From assembly GCA_016198685.1 (NCBI GenBank), contig JACQID010000006.1, positions 96,001-160,000 on the forward strand: a stretch of 64,000 bases of DNA, given 5' to 3'. Both the position numbers and the translations under genes were made by a program. Source of the stretch: Candidatus Aenigmatarchaeota archaeon (GTDB taxonomy: Archaea; Aenigmatarchaeota; Aenigmatarchaeia; GW2011-AR5). Positions 1 to 9,113 of this stretch are shown one piece after another; position 1 is the stretch's first letter; every line of letters starts with the position of its first letter. The notes under the pieces were generated by a model. The model was not told the origin of the DNA. It made no database searches and saw nothing but the letters and a program-made list of their open reading frames with translations.

Positions 1-468
1 GCAATCTTCTATTATTTTCAGGCTGTGTTTGTTTGCTATGCTGCGTATCTCTTTCATGTCGCACGGTTGGCCGTAAAGATGGACTGGTATTATGGCCTTT
101 GTCTTGCGTGTTATCTTTTGCTCAATGAGAGCGGTATCTATATTGTAATGACTATCGCAGTCAGCAAGTATTGGGGTAGCCCCGACACTCATTATTGCCA
201 TGACCGTAGGAGATGCAGTGTTCGCAACAGTAATCACTTCGTCTCCCGGGCCTATGTCGAGAGCCCGGAGCGATAGGATAAGCGCGTCTGTACCCGATGC
301 AACGCCAATGCAATGCTTGTTGCCGTTGTAGGCGGCGAATTCTTTCTCGAAAGCAACGACATTCTCTCCCAGGACGAAAACGCCGTTCTCAAGCACGGAG
401 AATACAGCGCTATCTATTTCATTTTTGATGGTAGCGTACTGCCTTTTCAGGTCAAACACAGGTATCAT
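1..468 (-). CDS. DegT/DnrJ/EryC1/StrS aminotransferase (FdtB-like), N-terminal 156 aa, runs off the window edge
   Basis: Manual translation, not in ORF track: [11 protein letters not shown]...[26 protein letters not shown]...[15 protein letters not shown]...IIEDC. Start overlaps the upstream stop (TAATG). Confidence 0.9.
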   Translation of the reverse strand, partial: MIPVFDLKRQYATIKNEIDSAVFSVLENGVFVLGENVVAFEKEFAAYNGNKHCIGVASGTDALILSLRALDIGPGDEVITVANTASPTVMAIMSVGATPILADCDSHYNIDTALIEQKITRKTKAIIPVHLYGQPCDMKEIRSIANKHSLKIIEDC

Positions 469-860
469 TATTTTCCGCCTCTGAACGAATCATAATCCTT
501 AAGATAATCATCGGCATTATAATGCTCTGAGCACAGAACCATTATCACAGCGCCTTGCGAAATGTTTTGCATCTCGACCCAGATGCGTTGTGGAACGTAA
601 AGCCCCTTCGCCGGACCATTAAAACTATGCACTGCCTTAACACTGCCATCATCGGTGATTATATCGGCGTTGCCCTGCAGGACTATAAACATCTGCTCGC
701 ACTTCTTGTGGGCATGGCCTCCCCTTTTCGCCCCGCGAGGAACTCCGTATATGTAGAATATTCTTTTCACATCAAAAGGTATATCTTTTCCAGCTTCTAC
801 AAATCCAAGACTCCCGCGAGCATCAGTTACTTCAGGGAGTTGTATAATTTTTACGCTCAC
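468..860 (-). CDS. FdtA/QdtA-like cupin, NDP-4-keto-6-deoxyhexose 3,4-isomerase
   Basis: [30 protein letters not shown] motifs; adjacent to a DegT aminotransferase. Confidence 0.88.
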   Translation of the reverse strand: MSVKIIQLPEVTDARGSLGFVEAGKDIPFDVKRIFYIYGVPRGAKRGGHAHKKCEQMFIVLQGNADIITDDGSVKAVHSFNGPAKGLYVPQRIWVEMQNISQGAVIMVLCSEHYNADDYLKDYDSFRGGK

Positions 861-1834
861 TCAAACCACCATCTGTTTTGTCTGCACCACGCAATCATTT
901 CCCTAATGCCTTCCTCAAGAGAAGTCGTTGCTTCCCAGCCGAGCATGGCCTTCGCCTTGCCTGCGTCAGGCACACGCCTGGGAATGTCTTCATAGATGCT
1001 TCCATAAAGCTTTCTCGTATCAACATACTCTACGCCAAGATCTTCCCGGCCCGCGGCCTTGAGCATCAGTTGAGCCGTCTCATTGAGAGTTCGCTCTTTC
1101 ATGCTGCCGATATTGAACGCATGTCCTTCTGCTTTCTTGGATTCCGCTGCGAGCAAAGTTCCTTCAATGGCGTCCTTTACATATGTGAAACAGCGTGTCG
1201 GAGTTCCTCCGTCATATATGAGAGGTCTTTCATTTCGCAATATCCTGCGCAGACATGCGGGTATCATGAATATCGGCGCCTGCCTTGGGCCGTAGACGTT
1301 AAAATAGCGGACTATTGTCACAGGCAATCCATGCATGCGGTTCAATGCAAATAGCATATGCTCACTCATGCTCTTGCTGGTGCTGTATGTCCACCTGTCA
1401 ACTTTGGTGCTGCCTACCACACGGTCATCGTCCTCTTTCCACGGCACTTTTGGATTCTTTCCAAACACTTCACTCGTACTCGTGTATATGACCTTCGTTC
1501 CATGCTTCATTGCAGCTTCAGCCACGTTTTTTGTGCCCAATATATTGACGCTTACAGTGCCTAAAGGATCCTCACAGTAATTTTTCACCCCGACTACAGC
1601 GGCAAGATGGTAGACGACATCAATATCCTCTGTTATAACATCCTTCATGCCATTGCCTGTTATGTCTCCTTTGACAAAATGGAATCTTTCGTTTGTCTTC
1701 AGATGCTGTATATTCCGCAATTTTTCCAGTTCTGCGTTGTCAAAAACCGTTACCTCATGGCCTCTTTGCAGAAGCTCTTCAGTCAAATGACTGCCTATGA
1801 AACCGCCCCCTCCGGTGATTACAAGATTAGCCAT
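857..1834 (-). CDS. NAD-dependent epimerase/dehydratase (UDP-glucuronate decarboxylase-like extended SDR)
   Basis: GGGGFIG Rossmann motif, STSEVFG, YSTSK (YxxxK), RYFNVYGP. Confidence 0.85.
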   Translation of the reverse strand: MANLVITGGGGFIGSHLTEELLQRGHEVTVFDNAELEKLRNIQHLKTNERFHFVKGDITGNGMKDVITEDIDVVYHLAAVVGVKNYCEDPLGTVSVNILGTKNVAEAAMKHGTKVIYTSTSEVFGKNPKVPWKEDDDRVVGSTKVDRWTYSTSKSMSEHMLFALNRMHGLPVTIVRYFNVYGPRQAPIFMIPACLRRILRNERPLIYDGGTPTRCFTYVKDAIEGTLLAAESKKAEGHAFNIGSMKERTLNETAQLMLKAAGREDLGVEYVDTRKLYGSIYEDIPRRVPDAGKAKAMLGWEATTSLEEGIREMIAWCRQNRWWFE

Positions 1835-3218
1835 GTATCCTGCCTCCTTGAGGTTTGCCTATTCCTGCATATCCGAACCCATTCTCCGCCGCCTTGACCG
1901 GGCCAAATATAATTCTCCCCTCCACAATCGAACAGCCTTCAGCTGCAATGCCGTGCAGTTTTTTGAGATCGAGCGACTTGAATTGAGGATGATCGGCGCC
2001 TATCAATATACAGTCCGCATTTTCTATTGCGCTTTCGGGGGTTTTTGCGACATTCCCTGCAATCATCCGGGCATCGTTTTCAGTAACCCAAGGGTCATAT
2101 GCAGTCACGATACAATTTTCAGCCTCCAGCAGTTTCACTATTTCTTTCATCGGCGTATTGCGCACGTCTCCAGTCCCGCCCTTGAAAGCGAGACCGAGAA
2201 CTGCGATTCTGCTGCCTTTGATTTTTTTGTTCGCATATGCAAGGCAGCTTTTGACAAGATCTACGGTATGGGCAGGCATGGCTTCATTTACTTCCCGTGA
2301 CGTCTTCGGAGTCTTGAGATTCAGCCCTGCCTTTTTGCCAAGATGATACACAAACCATGGGTCTTTAGTAAGGCAGCTGCCGCCAACGCCGCATCCCGGA
2401 TATAATATATTGACCATGCTCCTGCCTTTGGGCAGGCTATTTGCCGCGTCTATTACTTCTGAGGCATCCAGCCCCATCCTTTCGCATAGCATTGCAAGCT
2501 CATTGGCCAGTGCGATATTCGCGTCTATCCAGAGGTTATCGGCAAGCTTGGCCATCTCTGCGGCTTTTGCCGAAGAGACTTTTGTTGTGACAAACCCGTT
2601 TGACCGCCAGAATGATTCGGCTTTCTTGCCGCTTTCTGCGTCTATGCCGCCTATAATTATAGGAAGCTTTTTCAGGTCTTGGATTGCAGACCCTTCAGCC
2701 AGGCGCTCCGGGCAAAACGCAAGTCCGAAGTCCTTTCCTGCCTTGAGATTGGATTTCTTTTCTAACATTATCTTGACAAGCTCTTCGGTCGTGCCGGGAG
2801 TAACAGTGCTTTTGAGTATGATCATAGCGCCTTTTCCGACCAACGAACCTAATTTTTCAGAAACTTCATTTATGTATTCAAGGTTAGGCTCGTAATTTTT
2901 GCCTAGCGGAGTGCCGACAGTCACAAGAATTACATCGGCATCGGCGACTTCCGATATTTGTGCCGTAGCCCGTATGTTTCCTTTCTTAAGGGCATCCGAG
3001 ATGAGTCCTTCGACTTCAGGCTCGTTTATCGGCGACTTTCCGTTATTTACAGCGTTTATTATTGCAGGATTGACATCAATTGCAATCACCTTGTTATTTC
3101 TGGCAAGTAGAGAGCCGATGCTGGCGCCCACATAGCCAAAGCCTATGACAGCAACTACCGTCTTCCCCGTTTTTGTCTGTTCCATTATCTGTTCTTCATC
3201 GAGAGAAAATATTTTCAT
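1827..3218 (-). CDS. UDP-N-acetylhexosamine/nucleotide-sugar dehydrogenase (WecC/WbpA family)
   Basis: GFGYVG, VTVGTP, CPER, AEMAKL, GVGGSCLTKDP. Confidence 0.88.
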   Translation of the reverse strand: MKIFSLDEEQIMEQTKTGKTVVAVIGFGYVGASIGSLLARNNKVIAIDVNPAIINAVNNGKSPINEPEVEGLISDALKKGNIRATAQISEVADADVILVTVGTPLGKNYEPNLEYINEVSEKLGSLVGKGAMIILKSTVTPGTTEELVKIMLEKKSNLKAGKDFGLAFCPERLAEGSAIQDLKKLPIIIGGIDAESGKKAESFWRSNGFVTTKVSSAKAAEMAKLADNLWIDANIALANELAMLCERMGLDASEVIDAANSLPKGRSMVNILYPGCGVGGSCLTKDPWFVYHLGKKAGLNLKTPKTSREVNEAMPAHTVDLVKSCLAYANKKIKGSRIAVLGLAFKGGTGDVRNTPMKEIVKLLEAENCIVTAYDPWVTENDARMIAGNVAKTPESAIENADCILIGADHPQFKSLDLKKLHGIAAEGCSIVEGRIIFGPVKAAENGFGYAGIGKPQGGRIHG

Positions 3219-3226
3219 TATATCAC

Positions 3227-4288
3227 CTAAACGCTTATGTCAGAATCTTCCCCTATCATGAGCCTCATCGTATCCCCGTTCCTTATTTTCGAATTCTTCC
3301 CCAAAAGGCTGCCTGATATTTTTTTAGCTCCTATGTCAATGAAGCAACCTGACATGAGTATGGAAGATTCCACAGTTCCGCTGATTATTTCGGATAAATC
3401 ACCGATTGATGTGTAAGGTCCGATGGAAGCGTTTGCTATAGTGCAATTGTCTCCTATTTTGACAGGCCCTATTATCTTCGCCCCCTTCCTCACTACTGTT
3501 CCTTTCCCGATTTCAACCGCGCCGTGAATAGACGCGCCTTCTTCGACGGTTCCTGCATTATATGGTTTAAGCGCCGAAAGTATCATTTCATTGGCATGAA
3601 GGACATCTTCGCCTGTTCCTGCGTCATCCCACCATCCGCTTATCGTATGGTGCAGTACTTTTCTGCCGGACGATAGCAAGCCCTGTATGGCGTGCGTTAT
3701 TTCAAGCTCATTTCTCGCCGAAGGCGACAAGACATCTATTTGCCTCATAATAGATGGCCGGAATATGTACACGCCTACAATCACCGTATCGCTTTTGGGT
3801 TTGACAGGTTTCTCTTCTACGCTTACTATGTTATTATCCTTTATCTCGGCAACCCCGAATCTTTCCGGCGTCCTAGACTTTGCAAGGAGAAGGCTCGCAT
3901 CGGCGTCTGACGCAAAAAACTCCTTCACGAATTTCCCTATGCCGCCGCTAATGATATTATCTCCAAGATACATTACAAAAGAGTCCTGTCCGAGGAAATC
4001 GCGTGCCGTCCATACCGCGTGAGCGAGGCCTCTCGGCGCATCCTGCTCTATATAAGTTATTTTTGCGTTCCATTTACTTCCGTCTCCGCACGCGTCTTTG
4101 ATAGCGTTTATTCTCTCGGCGGAATAGCCAACTATTATGCCTATTTCTATTACTCCGGAAGCTACAAGATCCTCTATCGCATAATGAATGACAGGCTTGT
4201 TGGCTATAGGGATTAACTGCTTTGGGCCTGCATGGGTCAGAGGGCGGAGGCGTTTGCCCAACCCGCCGGCCAGAATGATGCCCTTCAT
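3227..4288 (-). CDS. rmlA: Glucose-1-phosphate thymidylyltransferase, long form with C-terminal hexapeptide-repeat region
   Basis: ILAGGLGKRLRPLTHAGPKQLIPIANKP, YIEQDAPRGLAHAV, ELEIT, WDDAG. Confidence 0.85.
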   Translation of the reverse strand: MKGIILAGGLGKRLRPLTHAGPKQLIPIANKPVIHYAIEDLVASGVIEIGIIVGYSAERINAIKDACGDGSKWNAKITYIEQDAPRGLAHAVWTARDFLGQDSFVMYLGDNIISGGIGKFVKEFFASDADASLLLAKSRTPERFGVAEIKDNNIVSVEEKPVKPKSDTVIVGVYIFRPSIMRQIDVLSPSARNELEITHAIQGLLSSGRKVLHHTISGWWDDAGTGEDVLHANEMILSALKPYNAGTVEEGASIHGAVEIGKGTVVRKGAKIIGPVKIGDNCTIANASIGPYTSIGDLSEIISGTVESSILMSGCFIDIGAKKISGSLLGKNSKIRNGDTMRLMIGEDSDISV

Positions 4289-5106
4289 TTCACCAGCCTC
4301 CTTGCGGCTTCTGCATCCTGCTTTGTATGGATGTTGACGAATTTTCCGGATAGTATTGCGCCGCCCAAAACGCCCTTTTTGCTGAGTTCAGGAAACAAAT
4401 CCTTGTGAAGCGAGAATTTCCTGTCGGGTATCATTGTAAATATTTCAGGCTCCGCAAAAGCTATCATCGTGGAAACAAGGGTAGTCTTCTCAACAGAGGG
4501 CGTATCCCAGTAATTTATAATGTCGTTCCCGTCCAATTCGACCACAGAACTGCGGTTGCCGTCATGCCTTATGCCTCCATAAATGGCAAGCGTGGCAGGA
4601 TAGCCGCTGCGCCTGTGGACATTTTCCAGTTTTCTTAAATCAAAATCAAAATAGTGGTCGCATGGAACGAAAAGGAATGTACCCCTCACTTTCGCGCTCG
4701 CGAGTTTCAAAGTATTCGCGCTATCGCCCCTTGCCTTTTCCTCGATATATGCAACAGAACATCCCAGCGACTCGCCGTTCGCCAGTATCCCGAAGCATCT
4801 TGTCACAACTTCTTTGGTGCCTATTATAATTATGTTTCTGTAGCTCTGGCCCACGACTTTTTCCACGATGCGCTGAATCAAGGTTCTGCCTCCTATGTCC
4901 ATGAAGGGCCTGTATTCGCCGTCCGTAATCAGATAATCGCCCCCGCCTGCAAGAATAACACAGTACCTGCCCGCATCCATGTATTCCTGAAGAATTGATT
5001 CTATGGCGCCTGATCGTGTGTCAGAGAGCGCTTCCGCGTATGCGTCCACGCTTTTTATCATCTTGTCCGGAAGGGAGAGCGAGATTCTTTTGCGCATAGT
5101 AATCAC
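4285..5106 (-). CDS. Ribbon-helix-helix (CopG-like) domain fused to a degenerate nucleotidyltransferase domain; probable regulator (ATG start possibly 5097)
   Basis: N-terminus RKRISLSLPDKMIKSVDAYA...TRSGAIESILQEYM fits the RHH pattern; followed by CVILAGGG and an NTP_transferase-like fold lacking the GTRL/PK signature. Confidence 0.75.
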   Translation of the reverse strand: MITMRKRISLSLPDKMIKSVDAYAEALSDTRSGAIESILQEYMDAGRYCVILAGGGDYLITDGEYRPFMDIGGRTLIQRIVEKVVGQSYRNIIIIGTKEVVTRCFGILANGESLGCSVAYIEEKARGDSANTLKLASAKVRGTFLFVPCDHYFDFDLRKLENVHRRSGYPATLAIYGGIRHDGNRSSVVELDGNDIINYWDTPSVEKTTLVSTMIAFAEPEIFTMIPDRKFSLHKDLFPELSKKGVLGGAILSGKFVNIHTKQDAEAARRLVK

Positions 5107-5133
5107 GTAATAAAACGTAATACTATCGTAATA
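5106..5133 (-). promoter_or_regulatory. Three CGTAATA direct repeats between the TATA box and the start of the RHH-NTase gene; putative operator
   Basis: Copies at 5106, 5116 and 5127 (10-11 bp period); TTAAATAT on the minus strand at about 5133-5140. Confidence 0.6.
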
Positions 5134-5142
5134 TATTTAAGC

Positions 5143-5826
5143 CTAATTAAAGGTTCTTTTAAGAACGACGACATAGCTAAGAGCCACGCGCCGCAGAAGC
5201 CTTCCAGGCATGATTTTTTCGACCATTTCAAAGAAATGAAGGGCAAATCTTGGAAGCTTGGAAACAAGTACAATGGGCTGGAATGTTTCGCATTCGAAGA
5301 AGGGCTGGGCAGCTTCCTCAAGTTCGGGGAAAGGCACTTTATTCTCTTTTCCCGGTATCTTCAACCCGATTGCGGCCATGATATCAATTAGCCATATCAT
5401 ACCGGGGTTAGGATATGTAATAAATAGTCTGCCACCGGGTTTGAGTATTCGGGAAATTTCAGAAAGATTGTTCTTGTAGCCGTCCATGTGTTCTATGACA
5501 TCAAGCATAGTGACAAGATCGAAGGATGCATCTTTGAAAGGGAGTTCTATGCTTCCTGTGAGCACCATATTTCTCAGGTTCTTTGCTCTCGCCGTTTCCA
5601 GCAAAGTCCTCGATATGTCAGAACCGCAGACATTGCTAAATCCATGCTGGTGCAAAAACTCAACATTTATGCCTGTACCGCATCCTACATCAAGTATGTT
5701 GGCTTCTTTTGATGTGTTCTCAAGGATCTTTTTCAGTTCGCGTACGCGGCGCTCAAAGTAGTATTTGTCCCTTCTGTCATCATAATCCTTCTTTGCGTCG
5801 AATAACTTCCTTACAGACTCATTCAT
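5143..5826 (-). CDS. Class I SAM-dependent methyltransferase
   Basis: ILDVGCGTG, LPFKDASFDLV, RILKPGG. Confidence 0.88.
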   Translation of the reverse strand: MNESVRKLFDAKKDYDDRRDKYYFERRVRELKKILENTSKEANILDVGCGTGINVEFLHQHGFSNVCGSDISRTLLETARAKNLRNMVLTGSIELPFKDASFDLVTMLDVIEHMDGYKNNLSEISRILKPGGRLFITYPNPGMIWLIDIMAAIGLKIPGKENKVPFPELEEAAQPFFECETFQPIVLVSKLPRFALHFFEMVEKIMPGRLLRRVALSYVVVLKRTFN

Positions 5827-7585
5827 GCGATTTCACCCTGTAAACGGTTCTCATATGGCCCTCGAACACTTTTTCTCCGCTAAAACTTTCAGGCAGAGAG
5901 ACAGGAATCCTTAGGATACTGTCGTTGTGGAGCACTATGTATTCCACGCCGTATTTTTCCATGTAGCTGTAAAAGTCTGCCTCATTCGTGTAATACGGGA
6001 ATTGTAGCACATTCATGGAAGCTTGAGAATAATACTCATAGAAATACGGAAATGAGTCCACCATGAGCGTCGCGTTTTTGAGGCCGGTAGGAATTATAAA
6101 ATCCTGGAAAAGCCTGTATGTGTTCAGGGAACTCTCGCCTTTTGCGTCAAGATCCGCATATGCAAACGATATAAAAAGCAAGTCAACTGCTATTATGAAA
6201 AGCATTGCAAGGATCATGAGATTCTTTCTTATTTTTTCTGTCAATACAGGAAGGTTCGATAAATTGATTATGCCTATTGCTGAAAAGAGGGCAAATATCG
6301 GTATTAGATGAAAGAGATACCTTGCAACAGGAAGCGTGATAGAGAGCGTGATATAAGTCATCGCGACATAGGCGAATAGTGCGGCTGCGTATTTCTTGCG
6401 AAGCCCGGATTTCCATGCCCCTAAAATCGCCAAGAGAAACAACAGTGGATTCCCAAAAACCAAAACCGGCGTCTGGTATATATAGCCGGCCATGGTATTG
6501 GCGTATTCTTTTATGACCATGGCGGGATCGCGGAGTGCCACATCGACGAAGGTTTCAGGTACTGTATCAAGTGAATATACATAATGGCTGAAATCGCGCC
6601 CTCCATATGCTCCTACTATAAGATATCCAAGATCGCTGGCAAATGGCCCTCCTGCAACCTCCATATTGCGCATAAGCCAGGGTGAAACGATGATGACAAA
6701 TATGGCAATTATTGCCGCGGTTCTTATCATGGCAGTTTTAAGCGAGCCGGTTTCGGACCAGAGATAAGCGGTTATCGCCAAGGGGAAGGCGTATATGGCC
6801 TGATAACGTACAAGATAAGAAACCGCAAGCATCATGCCGGCGAATATATAATCAATAGGACTCTCTTTCAGCCGGAAAACGGCAAGGAGGAAAAGCGTGC
6901 CGGCAAGCATGAATGCAAGTTCTGTATGGACAACACGGGAGTTGGCAAAGACAGTCCAATCGAAAGAAAGTAATACTGCGCCAAGGATGGACGCCTTATC
7001 TCCAGAGACTTTCCTGAAAAAAAGATATCCGGCCACCGGAACAAGAGAACTTAATATGACAGATAAAAACTTCTCGACAAAAAACGAAACTCCAAGAAGC
7101 TTGTAAAATAACGCTATGGCGTACGGCATGAGCGGAGCCCGGGATGTCTCTGGGAAAGGGATTGAATCTTTTCTAAGCATGACATCCCATAAAGAGCTAG
7201 AAATGAAACCTTCGCCGCGATAAATATGCATTGCTATTGAAGAATAGTGGGCGCCATCATGATAATAGAAGCTCTCTGGAACATAGAACGAGAGAGCAAG
7301 CTTCATTGCAAAATTAGCCAAGAATATGATGCATATTATGACAATAGGGTTTGCTTTTTCTGCGGCTGTAAGAATTTTTGAAACCTCAACTCGCAGTGAT
7401 TGAAATATATCGGGAAATGATATTGCCGCAGCTGCCGCGAAAGAGAATAGCGATATCAAGGCGCTTAGTGCTCTTCCCATCTCAGGCGTAAGCAAATCCG
7501 TAGTAACGATCCGGTTGGGCAGGTCGTTAAGAGCTAAAAATGCCAGTCCGGCTATGATGAAAAGAATGACTGCATTTATTTTCGT
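5819..7585 (-). CDS. Multi-pass membrane GT-C (ArnT/PMT-like, GT39/83) glycosyltransferase; ORF track start 7495, but the frame is open from an ACG at 7585
   Basis: Many hydrophobic segments, YYHDG..Y, RAPLMPY, SPWLMRN motifs; upstream in-frame hydrophobic segment KINAVILFIIAGLAFLAL. Confidence 0.7.
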   Translation of the reverse strand, partial: TKINAVILFIIAGLAFLALNDLPNRIVTTDLLTPEMGRALSALISLFSFAAAAAISFPDIFQSLRVEVSKILTAAEKANPIVIICIIFLANFAMKLALSFYVPESFYYHDGAHYSSIAMHIYRGEGFISSSLWDVMLRKDSIPFPETSRAPLMPYAIALFYKLLGVSFFVEKFLSVILSSLVPVAGYLFFRKVSGDKASILGAVLLSFDWTVFANSRVVHTELAFMLAGTLFLLAVFRLKESPIDYIFAGMMLAVSYLVRYQAIYAFPLAITAYLWSETGSLKTAMIRTAAIIAIFVIIVSPWLMRNMEVAGGPFASDLGYLIVGAYGGRDFSHYVYSLDTVPETFVDVALRDPAMVIKEYANTMAGYIYQTPVLVFGNPLLFLLAILGAWKSGLRKKYAAALFAYVAMTYITLSITLPVARYLFHLIPIFALFSAIGIINLSNLPVLTEKIRKNLMILAMLFIIAVDLLFISFAYADLDAKGESSLNTYRLFQDFIIPTGLKNATLMVDSFPYFYEYYSQASMNVLQFPYYTNEADFYSYMEKYGVEYIVLHNDSILRIPVSLPESFSGEKVFEGHMRTVYRVKSHE

Positions 7586-7588
7586 GGT

Positions 7589-8371
7589 TCACACCTCTGT
7601 TGCGAATTTACGGCTCTTGACAAGCCCGCGGCTGCTCAGGGTATACTCAAGCAATGTTTTCAGGATGGAAAGGGAATATTTCACGCTTTCCGTGAAAGGT
7701 ATCCCGTATCCGCTGTCAGGTCCGTAGTATGTGGGTATAGGTATCTCCTTTATAACAAACTTTTTCTGCACTATCTGAATGAGTATTTCTGTATCGAAAA
7801 AATACCTGTCTGTCAGTTTCTCAAAATTGATCTGCTTAAGGTGGGCGCAACTGTATGCGCGAAAGCCGGAATGGAACTCAGTTAGCTTGGTGCCGAGGAC
7901 AAGATTCTCTATTGCCGTCAATACTTTGCTCCCTATGAGCTTATAGAAAGGCATACCGCCCTTGCGCGGGTTTCCCAGCATACGCGATCCATATACCAGA
8001 GCGCATGTACCGTCCATAAGCGACAGGGCTTCTATTATTTTTTCGTTGCCCGGGTGCTGCTTGTCGCCATGCACCATAAAAACTATTGCATAGCCGTTGT
8101 CTATCGCGTACCTGTAAGCGACTTTCTGCGTGCCGCCGTATCCGAGATTATGGGGATTTTTCTTAAGAATCAAGTTGCTCATGGTGTGCTGCTTTTTGTA
8201 TTGTAAAACGGCATCGGATGTGTTATCAGCACTGCCGTCGTCTATGACAAGTATGGTTGCGTTCTTTCTAATGCCTGAGGGAATATCATCTATGACCCTG
8301 GCAACAGTCCTTTCGCAGTTATATGCGGGTATGAAGATGCAAACTTTGGCTGTAGCTTTCATTTTCGCCAC
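7589..8371 (-). CDS. GT2 glycosyltransferase (DPM-synthase-like)
   Basis: IPAYNCE, IDDGSAD, NLGYGG, HGDKQH, SGFRAY. Confidence 0.9.
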   Translation of the reverse strand: MAKMKATAKVCIFIPAYNCERTVARVIDDIPSGIRKNATILVIDDGSADNTSDAVLQYKKQHTMSNLILKKNPHNLGYGGTQKVAYRYAIDNGYAIVFMVHGDKQHPGNEKIIEALSLMDGTCALVYGSRMLGNPRKGGMPFYKLIGSKVLTAIENLVLGTKLTEFHSGFRAYSCAHLKQINFEKLTDRYFFDTEILIQIVQKKFVIKEIPIPTYYGPDSGYGIPFTESVKYSLSILKTLLEYTLSSRGLVKSRKFATEV

Positions 8372-8372
8372 T

Positions 8373-9113
8373 TCATTCGGAAATATGTAATTTTCCCCAA
8401 CGATTGCTGTCGAGGGTCATGTCCTGCGTGAGTTTCACTCCACCCTTTTTTAGATAATCGGCATAAGAAATCGGCTTCACATCAGGCGTTGTAATTTTAG
8501 CAAGTTCATACATGCTCATTTTTCTGTCACCGGCTATGTGAAGTATGCCTGTCCTGTTTTCGTCCAGCGCTTTCTTTATTCCTTTAGCCAGATCGTCGGC
8601 AAAGAGATAAGTGCCCCACCTGTCCGTGAACGCGCCTTCATATGGCCATTTTTCCCGGGGGACGAAGTTGCCGCGAACTATAAGTGTCTTAAGAGATGCT
8701 GCCTGAACTGCAGCTTCGGCCATGGCCTTAGTGGCGCCGTAAAAATTATCGGGGTCAGGCGTATCGTCCTCCGTGTACATTCCTTTATCGCCCCTGAAAA
8801 CGCATGGCGTTGACATGAGCATGAAATAGCATGCAGGATTTGCAGACTGGCATGCTCCCAGCATGTTTATTGTGCCCTTTACATTGACGGTCCATGCCTT
8901 GCTCTTGTCGCGTTCGCACTCAGGCACGCTGGTCATGGCGGCAAGATGTATAACGATATCCGGCATAGCCTTGGCAATATATTTGCGTACAGAATCTTCC
9001 CGGTTTACGTCAAGATCTCGGCTCGAAGGCTTCAGCGCCCCGGGAAATAAAATCGACAACTCCCGGCCCAGCCGTCCGCCAGAGCCAGTGATGAGCATCA
9101 TTTTGGCAGCCAT
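8373..9113 (-). CDS. RmlD-like NDP-4-keto-sugar reductase
   Basis: TGSGGRLG, IHLAAMTSVPECE, YGATK. Confidence 0.8.
   Translation of the reverse strand: MAAKMMLITGSGGRLGRELSILFPGALKPSSRDLDVNREDSVRKYIAKAMPDIVIHLAAMTSVPECERDKSKAWTVNVKGTINMLGACQSANPACYFMLMSTPCVFRGDKGMYTEDDTPDPDNFYGATKAMAEAAVQAASLKTLIVRGNFVPREKWPYEGAFTDRWGTYLFADDLAKGIKKALDENRTGILHIAGDRKMSMYELAKITTPDVKPISYADYLKKGGVKLTQDMTLDSNRWGKLHISE

Noticed and set aside
25-495. Plus-strand ORFs of 83 and 60 aa
   Set aside because: Antisense to the partial DegT aminotransferase
5096-5105. ATAGTAATCA identical to the abiE palindrome half-site
   Set aside because: A single AT-rich 10-mer with no second half-site; compatible with chance
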